Numbered from the stretch's first letter, positions 9,806 through 23,244 are shown. The stretch is 64,000 bases of DNA from an uncultured Acidobacteriota bacterium (GCA_963720545.1 OY970399.1:704001-768000); one strand, 5' to 3'. Numbers and translations are program-made. Notes: generated by a model not told the origin, from the sequence alone.

Positions 9806-10344
9806 ATGAACACCGTGAGGAAGAGCGTGACGGTCCTGAGTTCCGCGCGCGGACGTGTACGCGTTCTGGCGAGACTTCGAGAACCTTCCCCGTTTCATGA
9901 AGCATCTGAAGAGCGTCACCGCGTTGAGCGACGGCCGCTCACATTGGGTGATGAATGGGCCCGCCGGAACTGACGTCGAGTGGGACGCGGAACTCGTGGC
10001 CGATCGGTCAGCGGAACTCGTCTCGTGGCGCACCGTAAGCGACGGCGAGAGGATCGCGAGCCACTCCGGCAGCGTTCGCTTCGTGGACGCGCCGGGCGAC
10101 CGTGGCACGGAGGTACACGTGGAGTTGCGCTACGAGATCGCCGGCGGCGGCGTTGCCGCAGCCGTGGCGAAGCTCTTCGGCGAGGAGCCGGGCCAGAAGA
10201 TCACGCGACGACCTTCGCCGTTTCAAGCAGGTCGTAGAAACCGGCGAGGTGGTCCTCTCGGACGGCAGCCTGGAAGGAGCCGGACAGGGCGCTAACGAAC
10301 CAGCGAGCCGCACAGTCGCCTGCGCCGGTGAGCCGGTCCGATGA
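9806..10344 (+). pseudogene. SRPBCC (cyclase/dehydrase) family protein, frameshifted near ~9845 and ~10200
   Basis: MNTVRKSVTV / VYAFWRDFENLPRFMKHL..SHW..GSVRF..GTEV / [14 protein letters not shown] in different frames. Confidence 0.8.
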
Positions 10345-11524
10345 AGGCCGTGTGCTGGACCGGCAAGCAAAGCAGTCGAGGTCCGACGACGTGCCGGACC
10401 CGTCGATCCTGAATCACCGCGATGCGATCGTTCGCGTCACCTCGACCGCCATCTGTGGCTCCGACCTGCACCTCTACAACGGCGTCATTCCCACGATGAA
10501 GAAGGGCGACGTGCTCGGCCACGAGTTCATGGGCGAGGTGATGGAGGTCGGCCGCGGCGTCAAGAACCTCAAGGTCGGCGACCGCGTCGTCGTTCCCTTC
10601 ACCATCGCCTGCGGCAACTGCTGGCAGTGCCGCCACGACAACTGGTCCCTGTGCGAGAACTCGAACCCGAACGCGGCGCTTGCCGAGGAGCTGATGGGCC
10701 ATTCCGCGTCAGGTGCGTTCGGCTATTCGCATCTGACGGGCGGATTCGCTGGCGGTCAGGCGGAATACGTGCGGGTGCCGTTCGCGGACATAGGCCCGTT
10801 CAACATCGAGAACGGGCTCGCCGACGAGCAGGTGCTCTTCCTCTCGGACATCCTGCCGACGGGTTACATGGGCGCTGAGATGTGCGGCATCGAGCCTGGC
10901 GACACGATCGCGGTCTGGGGCTGTGGCCCGGTCGGCCTGTTCGCGATCAAGAGCGCCTACCTGCTCGGGGCTGCCCGGGTCATCGCCATCGATCGATACG
11001 GGTACAGGCTCGACATGGCTCGCGACCTGTGTGGCGCCGACCACGATCAACTACGACGAGGTCGACAGCGTCCTCGAGGCGCTCGAGCGACCTGACCGGC
11101 GGGCCGCGGACCGGATGCCTGCATCGACGCTGTGGGCCTGGAGGCGCACGGCCACGGGCTCGAATACCTCGTACGACCGCGCCAAGCAGGCGCGTGATGC
11201 TCGAGTCCGATCGGCCAATTGCGTTGCGCCAGGCGCATGCTGGCTTGCCGCAACGGCGGCACGGTTTCCGTGATCGGCGTCTACGGCGGCCTCGTGGACA
11301 AGTTCCCGCTCGGCACCATCATGAACCGCTCGCTGACGATCAAGAGCGGCCAGTGCCATGTACACCGCTATATGCGGCCGCTGCTCGAGCGCATCGAGAA
11401 AGGCGAAATCGATCCAGGCATGGTCATCACTCATCGCCTGCCGTTGTCACAGGCAGCAGACGGCTATCGGATGTTCCTGAACAAGGAAGACGGCTGCGAA
11501 AAGGTCGTCCTGCACATGGACTGA
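10341..11524 (+). pseudogene. Zn-dependent alcohol/formaldehyde dehydrogenase, several frameshifts
   Basis: MKAVCW start; ICGSDLH, GHEFMG, CGNCWQC, GCGPVG; C-terminus GQCHVHRY..CEKVVL in another frame. Confidence 0.85.
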
Positions 11525-11537
11525 GGTCCGGGCCGCC

Positions 11538-12131
11538 CTACTGCTTCCGTGGCGCGCTGGGTCGGCGGAACGTGAGCTGCGCCGATGGCGCGACGTTGGC
11601 CTTGAGCACGACGGCTAACTGCTGCAGCGCATGATCGTTCTCGGCCGGTGTGTTCGAGACGATGCAGTCCGGGGGCGCGAAGATCCTGAGTTCGCGCATG
11701 TAGGCGTCGTTGGCGGTGAACAGCACGCAGATGTTGCCCGCGATGCCCGTCAGGATGCACCCGCCGGATCCGCAGCGTCTTCGAGCAACGTGTCGAGCGT
11801 CGTATCGAAGAAGCCGGAGTGCTTTGGCTTGAGAACGAAGTAGTCGCGCGCCGTCGGGCTCAAGCGCTGTGATACCCGCCGGCCCGGCGAGGAGCGTGCG
11901 GTGCAATGGGCTACGGTCTGCCGGAAATCGGAGCGCCACTGCCCGAAGTTGTCGTTGATGTAGATGCAGGGAACGTCCGGCGGCAGCGGCGCGCCGCTTG
12001 AACGCAGCGAGCTTCATCGCCATCGACTCGGCCTGCGCGACGAGCGCTTCGGAGCCCTCGAACGCCAGGTCGTTGATGACGTCGATCAGCAGCAGCGCGG
12101 TGCCGGCAGGCGGGACGACCTAACGGGTCAA
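11538..12131 (-). pseudogene. Isochorismatase-family cysteine hydrolase, frameshifted
   Basis: ALLLIDVIND, IYINDNFGQWRSDF, LKPKHSGFF, TGIAGNICVLFTANDAYMR across frames; start approximate. Confidence 0.78.
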
Positions 12132-12565
12132 CGGACCACGCTGACGCGCCCATCGGTTTCGACCCTGGCGAGCTTGACGTCCGCCTGCTCGGCGTCGGCC
12201 AGCCGCAGTTCGGCGGCCACTTCCGCCTCGCTCATCCGTTCCCGATACAGGCCGGCCCTCACGAGCGCGCCGTCCCTCACGATCACCGTCGGCTGGCCCT
12301 CCAGGATCGCTCCGACACGCGGGTAGCGGCAGGTGAGCCAGGAGTTGGCGTAGTGCAGGCCGGCAATCGTCGTTACCGCCAGTGACCCACGCAGCAACGA
12401 CACCTCGCCGAACACCGTGTCTCCGGCAAGATCGCCGATGACCAGGGCGACCAGCATGTCGAATGCGGAAAGGTTGCCGATGGTCCGCTTGCCCAGGACC
12501 CTGATCGTGATCAGGAACAGCACGTAGATGACTGCTGCCCGCCCCGCGGTTTCCGCCAGACCCAT
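12128..12565 (-). CDS. DUF421 (YetF-like) membrane protein
   Basis: RVLGKRTIGNLSAFD..LEGQPTVIVRDG..VETDGRVSVV. Confidence 0.88.
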   Translation of the reverse strand: MGLAETAGRAAVIYVLFLITIRVLGKRTIGNLSAFDMLVALVIGDLAGDTVFGEVSLLRGSLAVTTIAGLHYANSWLTCRYPRVGAILEGQPTVIVRDGALVRAGLYRERMSEAEVAAELRLADAEQADVKLARVETDGRVSVVR

Positions 12566-12573
12566 ACAGCTCC

Positions 12574-13665
12574 CTATGCCGCGGCCGACGACCGCTGTTT
12601 CGCCCAGTAGAGCGGGCGTTCGACCGGCCAGGTGTTGATGGCCGGAATGCCCGCGAGCCGCGCGTCGCGAGAGCGATTCGGCTGCCGGCCAATCTCCAGG
12701 CCCATGGGCATCGCTGTCGAGGCAAACAAGCAGCCCTTGCTGAGCGCCTCTGCAGCGAGGGTATGGTCGATATCCTGCCGCGACGGATCACCGTCGATCT
12801 CGATAGCTGTGCCGGATTCGGCCGCGCTTCGAAGACACGACCCATCGGCCGATACCCCTGGCCGTGAGCTATACATGCGCCCGCGCGGGTGCGCGAGTAT
12901 GTGAACGCCAGGCGCGCGCACCGCAGCCAGCATGCGGTCGGTTTGCGGAAGCGGCGACCTGAGGCCGGAGTGCGGCGCCGCGAGCACGATCTCGAAAAAG
13001 CGTCGCAGCTCGGGCTCGACGTCCACCTGGCCGTCGGCCTTTATATTGGCCTCCACCCCCTTGAGCAGGCGAAAGCGCCCCCGACACTGCACGTTGAGCC
13101 GGTCGATCCGCGACCATTGCAGGGCAAACTGTTCGCGGCTCATGCCTCCGGCGATCGGCAGCCCCTCCGAATGATCGGTGACCGCGCAGTAGGAGTATCC
13201 GCGACCGCGGGCGCTGACTACGATCTCGCCAAGAGACTGGCTGCCGTCGCTGCCGCGGGAGTGCACCTGGAAGTCGCCCCGATAGTCCTGGCGTCCCACA
13301 CCAAAAAGCGACGCATCAGCCAGGATTCGCTCGACTCGTGCACGGCTCAGGAAGTGGCCGCGTAACTCGCGCCGCCTCGCGAGCTCGTCGCCTTTGCCGC
13401 TCTTCGCTACCAGTTCTTCCACGATCGCCGAACCACCGGTGCGAAGCACCTCGAGCACGATCCGCAAGGACGCCGGGCCCACCCGCGGAATCTTCGGCAG
13501 TTCGCCGGCCGCGGCCAGCACTTCGTCCAGTGGCCGTTCGAAACGGCGCACGGCCGCCGCCGCACCCTTGTAACCCCACTTGCTCTGGGTCGACGTCTGT
13601 ATGCTGGCGAGATCGCTGAGGAAGCCCGCGACGACCATGTTGATGTCGGCATCCGGCTGTGGCAT
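12574..13665 (-). CDS. PHP-domain protein with PolX-type N-terminal HhH domain; C-terminus damaged by small deletions
   Basis: KIPRVGP HhH; GDFQVHS..SDG, TDHS, GVEANI, ILAHPRGR; DSDAH motif out of frame. Confidence 0.78.
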   Translation of the reverse strand: MPQPDADINMVVAGFLSDLASIQTSTQSKWGYKGAAAAVRRFERPLDEVLAAAGELPKIPRVGPASLRIVLEVLRTGGSAIVEELVAKSGKGDELARRRELRGHFLSRARVERILADASLFGVGRQDYRGDFQVHSRGSDGSQSLGEIVVSARGRGYSYCAVTDHSEGLPIAGGMSREQFALQWSRIDRLNVQCRGRFRLLKGVEANIKADGQVDVEPELRRFFEIVLAAPHSGLRSPLPQTDRMLAAVRAPGVHILAHPRGRMYSSRPGVSADGSCLRSAAESGTAIEIDGDPSRQDIDHTLAAEALSKGCLFASTAMPMGLEIGRQPNRSRDARLAGIPAINTWPVERPLYWAKQRSSAAA

Positions 13666-13745
13666 TTGGTTCTTTTCCAAGATTGCGACCGCTCTTGCGC
13701 GCTGCAAGACACAGGCCAGGGTATGGATCTTGCTGGTCTGGAGTC

Positions 13746-14876
13746 ATGCGATCGACACTCAAGAACTCACTCTTGCTCGTCGCAGCAGCGACCGCAACGG
13801 CGTATGCCTTGCGAAAGCCGTACCGGTTTTCGCTCCAGGGCAAGGTCGTGCTCATCACCGGTGGTTCGCGCGGCCTTGGGCTGTTGCTGGCTCGTGAATG
13901 CGCACGCCAGGGAGCGAGTATTGCGATCCTGGCGCGGGACCGGGACGAACTGGCGCGCGCGGCGGCGGATCTCGAGCGTTTTGCAACACCTGTCCTCCCG
14001 CTGGAGTGCGACATCAGGCGGGCCGCAGAAATCGGTCTGGCGGTAACCGCTGTGGAGAAGACCCTCGGGGCGATCGACGTGGTCATCAACAACGCCGGCG
14101 TCATCAAGGCCGGGCCGTTCGACAACACGACACTTGAAGACTTTGCAGAAAGCCTCGACACCCACCTGTGGGGACCTCTGCACCTGATCCGCGCGGTCGT
14201 GCCGGGCATGACAAATCGGCGCTTCGGCGCGATCGTCAACATCGCGTCGATTGGCGGCCGCCTCGGCGTGCCGCACCTCGCCTCTTACTGCGCCGGCAAG
14301 TTCGCCCTGGTGGGCCTCTCGGAGGCGATCTCCGGCGAGCTGGCGAGCAGCGGTATCGCTGTCACCACCGTCATGCCGGGCCTCATGCGGACCGGCTCCC
14401 ACGTCAACGCTCAGTTCAAGGGCCGGCACGAGGCGGAATACGCCTGGTTTGCCGCGCTCGATTCACTACCCCTGATGTCGGTCGACGCCGAACGCGCCGC
14501 CCGGAAGATCGTGTCCGCACTTCGCCAGGGGGCCAGGACGCTGACGATAGGGCTACCCGCGCTTGGAGCCGCAGCGGCAAATGGTCTCGCGCCCGGCCTG
14601 GTTGCGGCCCTCAACGCCTACGCGACACGGTTCCTGCCGCCGGCGGCGGGCGCCGAGGGCAACGTCGCACAATCAGGGGCGGAATCCCGCAGCCAGCTGC
14701 CTGACTGGGTCACCGCCGCAACCGATGAAGCCGCGGTTGCCAACAACGAGACCGATGAAGTTGACGCCCAGGTGACTGCCTTACCGACAATGGCCCGACC
14801 GGCTGTCAAAGGGAGGCATCGTGAATCAGGCGTGGCTGGCAATAGTCGCACTCGCCGCGGTCGTTCCACGCGATGA
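13746..14876 (+). CDS. Short-chain dehydrogenase/reductase
   Basis: TGGSRGLG, NNAG, YCAGK, PGLMRTGS; last ~35 aa may be read-through. Confidence 0.88.
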   Translation: MRSTLKNSLLLVAAATATAYALRKPYRFSLQGKVVLITGGSRGLGLLLARECARQGASIAILARDRDELARAAADLERFATPVLPLECDIRRAAEIGLAVTAVEKTLGAIDVVINNAGVIKAGPFDNTTLEDFAESLDTHLWGPLHLIRAVVPGMTNRRFGAIVNIASIGGRLGVPHLASYCAGKFALVGLSEAISGELASSGIAVTTVMPGLMRTGSHVNAQFKGRHEAEYAWFAALDSLPLMSVDAERAARKIVSALRQGARTLTIGLPALGAAAANGLAPGLVAALNAYATRFLPPAAGAEGNVAQSGAESRSQLPDWVTAATDEAAVANNETDEVDAQVTALPTMARPAVKGRHRESGVAGNSRTRRGRSTR

Positions 14877-15072
14877 TTCGGCCGAGCTGCGCCGGCAGCG
14901 CTTCCAGGCCAACGCCGCAAGCGACCGCTCGTTCTACGAGACGCTGCTGGCGCTGAAACTCCTCCTGCTCAGCCCGGACGCGGTGCCGCGAACCAAGAAT
15001 GAGTATCCCGATGCCCAGTTCGTCGCCGCAGCGTGCCCCCGAGCGCCGCGAAGATCGACTTCGCTCCGCCCG

Positions 15073-15178
15073 TTTGTAGAAAGCCGCGCCTCTTCGACCT
15101 GGCGGCGGGCCGATTGGCTGCTGTTCTCACCGTCCTTTAGATGTAGTGCAAGCGATGTGCCCGGGCATCGTTCCTGCA
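15073..15178 (+). promoter_or_regulatory. TTTGTAGAAA box plus sigma54 promoter for katE
   Basis: TTTGTAGAAA at 15073-15082; GGGCATCGTTCCTGCA at 15163-15178. Confidence 0.55.
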
Positions 15179-15222
15179 GACGATCTGCGACAACCCGCAT
15201 CGTCAATCCTGGAGCGCAACCA

Positions 15223-17436
15223 ATGGTCACACGACGCAGCACCCGCACGCCCCGCAAGATGAAGCCAATCGCAGCACGCGGCAACGGCAAGGTCGAGGCG
15301 CTCGCCCCGCATCGTGAGAACGCCGCCGGCCAGGCGCTCACCACCAGCCTGGGGATGAAGATCGAGGACGACCAGAACTCGCTGCGGGCCGGGGCGCGTG
15401 GGCCGTCGCTGCTCGAGGACTTTCATCTCCGCGAGAAGATCACGCACTTCGACCATGAGCGGATCCCGGAGCGCATCGTCCACGCCCGTGGCGCAGGCGC
15501 ACACGGCGTCTTTCAGGTTTACAAGTCGCTGGCGCGCTACACGAGTGCCGGTTTCCTCAACGAACCCGGCCGGCGGACGCCGGTATTCGTGCGTTTCTCG
15601 ACGGTAGCGGGCTCGCGCGGCTCGTCGGATCTCGCCCGCGACGTCCGCGGCTTTGCCGTCAAGTTCTATACGGAGGAAGGCAATTTCGACCTTGTGGGCA
15701 ACAACATTCCGGTGTTCTTCATCCAGGACGCCGTCAAGTTTCCCGACTTCGTGCATGCCGTGAAACCCGAGCCGCACAACGAGATGCCACAGGCGGCCTC
15801 GGCGCACGACACCTTCTGGGACTTCGTCTCGCTGATGCCGGAGTCGACACACATGGTCATGTGGGCGATGTCCGACCGCGCCATCCCACGCAGCTTGCGC
15901 ATGATGGAAGGGTTCGGTGTGCACACCTTCCGGCTCGTGAACGCGCGCGGCGAGGCGCACTTCGTCAAGTTTCACTGGAAGCCGTTGCTCGGGCTGCACC
16001 AGGTGGTGTGGGACGAGGCGCAGAAGATTTCCGGCAAGGATCCCGACTTCCATCGCCGCGACCTCTGGGAGGCGATCGAAAGCGGCAGCTACCCGGAGTG
16101 GGAGCTGGGCGTGCAGATCGTGCCGGAGGCGGACGAGGATTCCTTCGACTTCGACCTGCTCGACGCGACCAAGTTGATCCCCGAGGAGCTGGTGCCGGTG
16201 CAAATCGTCGGCAAGCTGACGCTCGACCGCAACCCCGACAATTTCTTCGCCGAAACGGAACAAGTCGCCTTCGACGTTGGCAACCTCGTGCCGGGAATCG
16301 ACGTGACCGAGGACCCGCTGATGCAGGGCAGGCTGTTCTCGTATTTCGACACGCAGTTGCTGCGGCTTGGCGGGCCGAACTCGAACGAGATACCCATCAA
16401 CCGTCCGCTGGCAGAGGTGCACTCGCTGCAGCGCGATGGCCTCATGCGCCAGCAGATCAACGAAGGACGCGTCGCGTACGAGCCCAATACCCTGGGCGGT
16501 GGTTGCCCGTTCCAGACGGCGATGAAGGACGGGGGCTTCCGCACGTTTCCGCGGGCGCTCGAGGGCGGCAAGGTGCGCGGCGCACGCGGCCCCAAGTTCT
16601 TCGATCACTTCACCCAGGCACGAATGTTCTTCATCAGCCAGTCCGAACCCGAACAGCAACACATCGTCGATGCCTACACCTTCGAATTGAGCAAGGTGAC
16701 GGTGCCCGCCGTACGCGACCGGATGGTCGGGGTGCTGGGGCTGATCCACGATGGCCTGGCCAGGCAGGTGGCGTCGGGGCTTGGGCTGAAGCAGGTGCCC
16801 AAAGTCGATGGGCCGGTCAACCTGGGATATCCCGCGGGCGCCGACGTGCGCGCATGGCAGCCGACCAAGGTCAACGAATCGGTCGCGGCATCGCCCGCGC
16901 TGAGTATGGCAAGCCGGCCAGGCGAGACATTGCGCACACGCCAGGTTGCGATCCTGGTGGCGGACGGCAGCGATGGGAATGCCATCACCCGCATTCAGGA
17001 CGCGCTCACGGCACAAGGGGCGGTCGGCAAGATCGTGGGCGAGCGGCTGGGCGAGATCGCGACCAGCACCGGCAAGGTGGCTGCGACGATGAGCGTCGCC
17101 ACCACGAGTTCGGTTCTGTTCGATGCGGTATTCGTCGCAGGAGGCGAGAAGGCGGCGGCGGCGCTCTCCGCCGAACCACTCGCCCTCGACTTCGTGTGCG
17201 AGGCATTCGCACACTACAAGACGGTCGCCGCATCCGGCGCCGGTACGCAAGTGCTCGACGCGGCAGGAATTATCGGCGCTAAGCCACATCCCAAGGCGGG
17301 GGCGAACGCCAACCCGCAGGCAGGCGTGGTGCGCGGTAGCGACAAGGACATTGTGGCCGTAGCGAAGCAGTTCCTCGTCGCACTGGGAGCCGGCCGCCAC
17401 TGGACTCGCGGCCGCAAGCCGCCGGTGCCGGCCTAG
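15223..17436 (+). CDS. katE: Catalase HPII (large subunit, C-terminal DJ-1-like domain)
   Basis: [43 protein letters not shown] before ATG 15223. Confidence 0.95.
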   Translation: MVTRRSTRTPRKMKPIAARGNGKVEALAPHRENAAGQALTTSLGMKIEDDQNSLRAGARGPSLLEDFHLREKITHFDHERIPERIVHARGAGAHGVFQVYKSLARYTSAGFLNEPGRRTPVFVRFSTVAGSRGSSDLARDVRGFAVKFYTEEGNFDLVGNNIPVFFIQDAVKFPDFVHAVKPEPHNEMPQAASAHDTFWDFVSLMPESTHMVMWAMSDRAIPRSLRMMEGFGVHTFRLVNARGEAHFVKFHWKPLLGLHQVVWDEAQKISGKDPDFHRRDLWEAIESGSYPEWELGVQIVPEADEDSFDFDLLDATKLIPEELVPVQIVGKLTLDRNPDNFFAETEQVAFDVGNLVPGIDVTEDPLMQGRLFSYFDTQLLRLGGPNSNEIPINRPLAEVHSLQRDGLMRQQINEGRVAYEPNTLGGGCPFQTAMKDGGFRTFPRALEGGKVRGARGPKFFDHFTQARMFFISQSEPEQQHIVDAYTFELSKVTVPAVRDRMVGVLGLIHDGLARQVASGLGLKQVPKVDGPVNLGYPAGADVRAWQPTKVNESVAASPALSMASRPGETLRTRQVAILVADGSDGNAITRIQDALTAQGAVGKIVGERLGEIATSTGKVAATMSVATTSSVLFDAVFVAGGEKAAAALSAEPLALDFVCEAFAHYKTVAASGAGTQVLDAAGIIGAKPHPKAGANANPQAGVVRGSDKDIVAVAKQFLVALGAGRHWTRGRKPPVPA

Positions 17437-17448
17437 GATTGGCTTTGA

Positions 17449-17525
17449 TGGTGCGCCCGGCAAGGCTCGAACTTGCAACCTTCGGCTTCGGAGGCCGACG
17501 CTCTATCCAGTTGAGCTACGGGCGC
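17449..17525 (-). tRNA. tRNA-Arg(CCG)
   Basis: GCGCCCGTAGCTCAACTGGATAGAGCGTCGGC-CTCCGAA-GCCGA..GTTCGAG..GGGCGCACCA. Confidence 0.96.
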
Positions 17526-17623
17526 GGCGTTTCTGGCAGGGGGCGAGTCTAGCAGAGGGCCTTCGGGGCAGCTTCTGCGCGGCTTGCTGCGGCGAACCGG
17601 CGCGGGAGATACTGGCCGCGACG

Positions 17624-19812
<2,189 letters not shown>

Positions 19813-19816
<4 letters not shown>

Positions 19817-21030
19817 GACGCTGCGAGTCGCAGGTACTCGCGCGCGCTGGCGAGCCAGCCGCCCACGATCGCGGGCACAGCGCAAAGGGGCGGGTGCCGG
19901 GAAGCGTCGAGCAGGTCGCCGATGGGAGTCGCCCGGCCGCGCACGCGATCGGCCAGGATCCGCGCGGCCAGCGTGCCGAGGACCAGTTTGTTGCTGGCGA
20001 AGCCGCTGGCGTGGAACGCATTCGACTCCTTCGCGACACGCCCGATGTACGGCATGCCATCCGCCGGTTCGTGCCATTCGCATGACGAGCGGTGAACCAC
20101 GCTGCCGACATCCCACCGTTGGCGGGCATGCGCTTCGAGGCGCGCGAAGCGCTCCGCGGCGTCGGTGCTCTGGCTGGCCGGATGGCGCTCGCCGCGCAGG
20201 ATCAAAAGGCTGCCGCGCTGCTGCACGTCCGGCTCGGCCCGAATCGAGTGGCCTGCCGCCGCCATGTCACGGAACAGGCCATCGGCGAGCGGCGCACGCG
20301 CCATCAGGCCAACCTCGTAGGTTCGCCAGGCGGTCGTACGTCCGGCCGCGGGCCCGAAGGCGCGCGAACTCTCGCCGGAGAAAATCACGTGGCGGGCAGT
20401 GACCGCCGCGTACTCGGTCGTCAGGCGGTGGCCCACTGCGGTGGCGCGCGTGCCGTGCACCCGCGTTGCTTCGAAAACGCGGCCGCCGGCTGCGCTCAGC
20501 AGGCGCGCGAGGCCAAGCAGGTAGCGGATGAGGTCGAAGCGCGCCTGGCCGCGGACCATGATCGCGTCCGAGACCTGGAACGGCAGCGGCGGACGATACG
20601 TCATGCTCACGGGCACGCCCAGCAACCGGAGCGCATCCGCCTCGCGCGCCAGCGCACGCTCCCCGCCTGGCTGCTCCACATAAAGGTAGGTGGGCACACC
20701 CTGCCAACCGCATCCCTGCGGCATGCCGCGGGCCAGACGCTCCATGAAGAAGAGCGCGTCGGCGGCCGCGCTCATGTAGAGCCGGCCGTCCGCGGTGCCG
20801 AGCCGTCCGAGGAGCCGGGCCGCTGGCATGTCGGGAAGCGCCGTCAGGTGCGCGGTGGCCGCGCCGGTGGCGCCGTCGCCAATCTCGCCTGCTTCGAGGA
20901 CGGCGACGCTGCTGCCGTATCGCTGCAGGAGGAGCGCCGTGGTGAGGCCGGTGACTCCGGCGCCGACAACCGCCACGTCGACGTCGAGCGGCTCGCGAAG
21001 GCTGGGGTACGCGTTCGTCTGAGCCAGAGA
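19813..21030 (-). CDS. FAD-dependent oxidoreductase (DAO/YhfW-like); start uncertain or frameshifted
   Basis: YPSL..DVDVAVVGAGVTG, DGMPYIG; in-frame TGA just upstream. Confidence 0.75.
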
Positions 21031-21063
21031 CGCCAGGGGTCACCCGCCTTTCGCGCGGGGAAG

Positions 21064-21138
21064 AGCAAGGGTGATGCCACGCTCGAACAGTACTGTTCTC
21101 CCGGGAACACGCAAGGCAACGGGTGCACGTTCTACAAA
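21064..21138 (-). promoter_or_regulatory. sigma54 promoter plus TTTGTAGAA box for the FAD oxidoreductase
   Basis: Minus strand TGGCATCACCCTTGCT (21079-21064); TTTGTAGAA (21138-21130). Confidence 0.65.
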
Positions 21139-21200
21139 TTGGCTGGCCGTGTGCTCCCGTCGCGGCGACCAGCGAAGGCAAGGGCACCGGCGCCGAGTTC

Positions 21201-21476
21201 GTGCTCAACCTCATCCTCGTTGTTGACGACAACGAAGACGCGGTGCAGAGTCTAGTCGTGACGAGCGATCAGCCCGAAGACGCCGCGAGCCCGCGGCGCA
21301 AGGCTATCCACGACCTACGCGGGCAGCTCGGCACGATCTCGAACTGGGTGCACGCGCTCGCCGAGAGCAAGGACGCGGCGGCGATCCTGCCGCAGGCGGT
21401 CGCGGCGATGGACCGCGCGGTGCGCGCGGCCGCGGAGCTTACCGAGACGCTGCGGGAGCCGCCGCAGCAGCCTTAG
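21201..21476 (+). CDS. Small protein: REC N-terminal stub plus HisKA(DHp)-like helix pair
   Basis: LILVVDDNEDAVQSL followed by IHDLRGQLGTI. Confidence 0.45.
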   Translation: MLNLILVVDDNEDAVQSLVVTSDQPEDAASPRRKAIHDLRGQLGTISNWVHALAESKDAAAILPQAVAAMDRAVRAAAELTETLREPPQQP

Positions 21477-23244
21477 TCGTGGCCGCAGCCACAACCTGGA
21501 CTTGCGGGCGCAACGGGTACGGGTAGCCCTTCGCGAGCGCGACTTCCAGCGTGCGGTCGTGCCCGTAGATGTCGTCGACGAAGAACACGACGCCGTCGGA
21601 GTTTATGTGCACGGTGTCGTAGAAGAGCACCACGCTGAGGTGTTTCTTGAGGTTGACGCGCGTCGGCCTGCTGCCGTTCATGGCGGCGGCGATCCGCTCT
21701 TTCGTCCACTGCGGCTGGTCGCGCAGCACCCACGCGGCCATGGCGGCGGGGTTCTCGAGGCGGATGCAGCCGTGGCTGAAGTCGCGGCGCGCGCGCGAGA
21801 AGAGCGACTGTGCCGGCGTGCCGTGCATGTAGATGCTGTCGGAGTTCGGGAAGATGAACTTGGCGAGGCCGAGCGAGTTCTTGGGGCCGGGGCGCTGCCG
21901 CACGAACAGCCGCCCGGCCGCTACCTTGTCGAGGTTCTCGGGCGTCACCGGCAGCGGCGCGGCGTTGTCGTCGCCGTTCGGCACGATCTCCATGTCCTGG
22001 CTCGCGAAGTAGCCGGGATCGTGCCGCGCTTTCGGCAGTATCTCCTTGCGGATGATGCTGTAAGGCGGGTTCCAGTACGGTCGGAAGATGATGTACTGCA
22101 TCTCGTCGATGAACACCGGCGTGCGATGGTCGATCGACTTCCCCACCACCACGTTCATGCGCAGCGGCTCCTCGCCCGACTGCGGATCGGTGGCCCAGAG
22201 CCGGAACAGCGGCAGGTTGACGAAGATGTTGGCCTGGTTCAGCTCCGGCAGCCAGCGCATTCGCTCCATCGCGAGTTCTATCTGGTGGACGCGGTGCGCG
22301 AGGCTGACGCTGGCCGCGGCCCAGGTTTCTGGCCCCACGCTGCCGTTCGCTTCGAGCCCGTGGCGCCGCTGGAAGCTCTTCACGGCATCCACCAGCACGC
22401 CTTCGTAACGCGTGGTCGCGGCGTAGGTCTCGGCGGCCGGCGCCTTGAGGTCGCCAAAAGCGAGCAACCGCGCCGCGAGCTGCGGCACGCCGTCCCACGC
22501 TTGCCCGGGAAGCACGCGCTTGCCCTTCGCCAGCTCCGGAAGTGCGGGCGGCTCGCCGTTGGCTTCGGCCTTGCGATAGTTGGCGAGCGTATAGCGCGCG
22601 CGCTCGAAGTGGATGAAGTGCGGCTCGAGAAGCGCGAAGCTCTGCTCGAGGCTGCCGTTCGCACGCAGCTCGTGGATCGCAGCGACGCGGTCGAACGGTC
22701 GGCGGGCGATTTCGTAGCCCCAGCTGAGCGTCTCCGGGTCCACTCGCCCGAGGCGCACCGCGCTCAGCAACCGCGCGGTCGCGACGCTGAGGCCGACGTC
22801 GAACGCCACGCGGTCGGCGGCGCTCGCGCCACCACCAGCCGCCGCGAGCCGCTGCCACTCCAGGGCGAGCAGGTCGGCATCGTAGTCGCCGGCGTCCAGG
22901 CCTTGCTCGCCGGCGAGCGCCAGGCCCGCGACGATCCGCGGCACCGTCGGCTGCGGCGTCCTGCCCGTGAACCAGACGAGCCCGTCGGGCTCCGGCGCGT
23001 AGAGCGCGCGCAAGGTTTCGGTGACGTCGCTGACGTCAGGCCACTTGAGCCCGGGCAACTGCGAAACCGCAAGGACCTTTTCGAGCGCGGCCGAAACCTC
23101 CACGGCGGGCGGCCCCTGGCCGGGCTCAGGCGACGGTTGTGGCTCCCGGTTCGGTACTGTGGCGCGACGGCAGGCGCCGTTCGCGAGCAGCAGGCAGCAC
23201 AGCGCCGTCGCGCTGAATCGGGAAACCGGCAGAAAACGCCTCAC
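21439..23244 (-). CDS. Murein L,D-transpeptidase (YcbB/LdtD-like) with peptidoglycan-binding domain
   Basis: AVKSFQRRHGL, PYWNPP, NSLGLAKFIFPN, IYMHGTP, FSHGCIRL; start inferred. Confidence 0.9.
   Translation of the reverse strand: MRRFLPVSRFSATALCCLLLANGACRRATVPNREPQPSPEPGQGPPAVEVSAALEKVLAVSQLPGLKWPDVSDVTETLRALYAPEPDGLVWFTGRTPQPTVPRIVAGLALAGEQGLDAGDYDADLLALEWQRLAAAGGGASAADRVAFDVGLSVATARLLSAVRLGRVDPETLSWGYEIARRPFDRVAAIHELRANGSLEQSFALLEPHFIHFERARYTLANYRKAEANGEPPALPELAKGKRVLPGQAWDGVPQLAARLLAFGDLKAPAAETYAATTRYEGVLVDAVKSFQRRHGLEANGSVGPETWAAASVSLAHRVHQIELAMERMRWLPELNQANIFVNLPLFRLWATDPQSGEEPLRMNVVVGKSIDHRTPVFIDEMQYIIFRPYWNPPYSIIRKEILPKARHDPGYFASQDMEIVPNGDDNAAPLPVTPENLDKVAAGRLFVRQRPGPKNSLGLAKFIFPNSDSIYMHGTPAQSLFSRARRDFSHGCIRLENPAAMAAWVLRDQPQWTKERIAAAMNGSRPTRVNLKKHLSVVLFYDTVHINSDGVVFFVDDIYGHDRTLEVALAKGYPYPLRPQVQVVAAATTKAAAAAPAASR

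Noticed and set aside
14821..17436. 871-aa catalase with long N-terminal extension
   Set aside because: RBS and ATG at 15223 plus promoter elements inside the extension favour the shorter gene.
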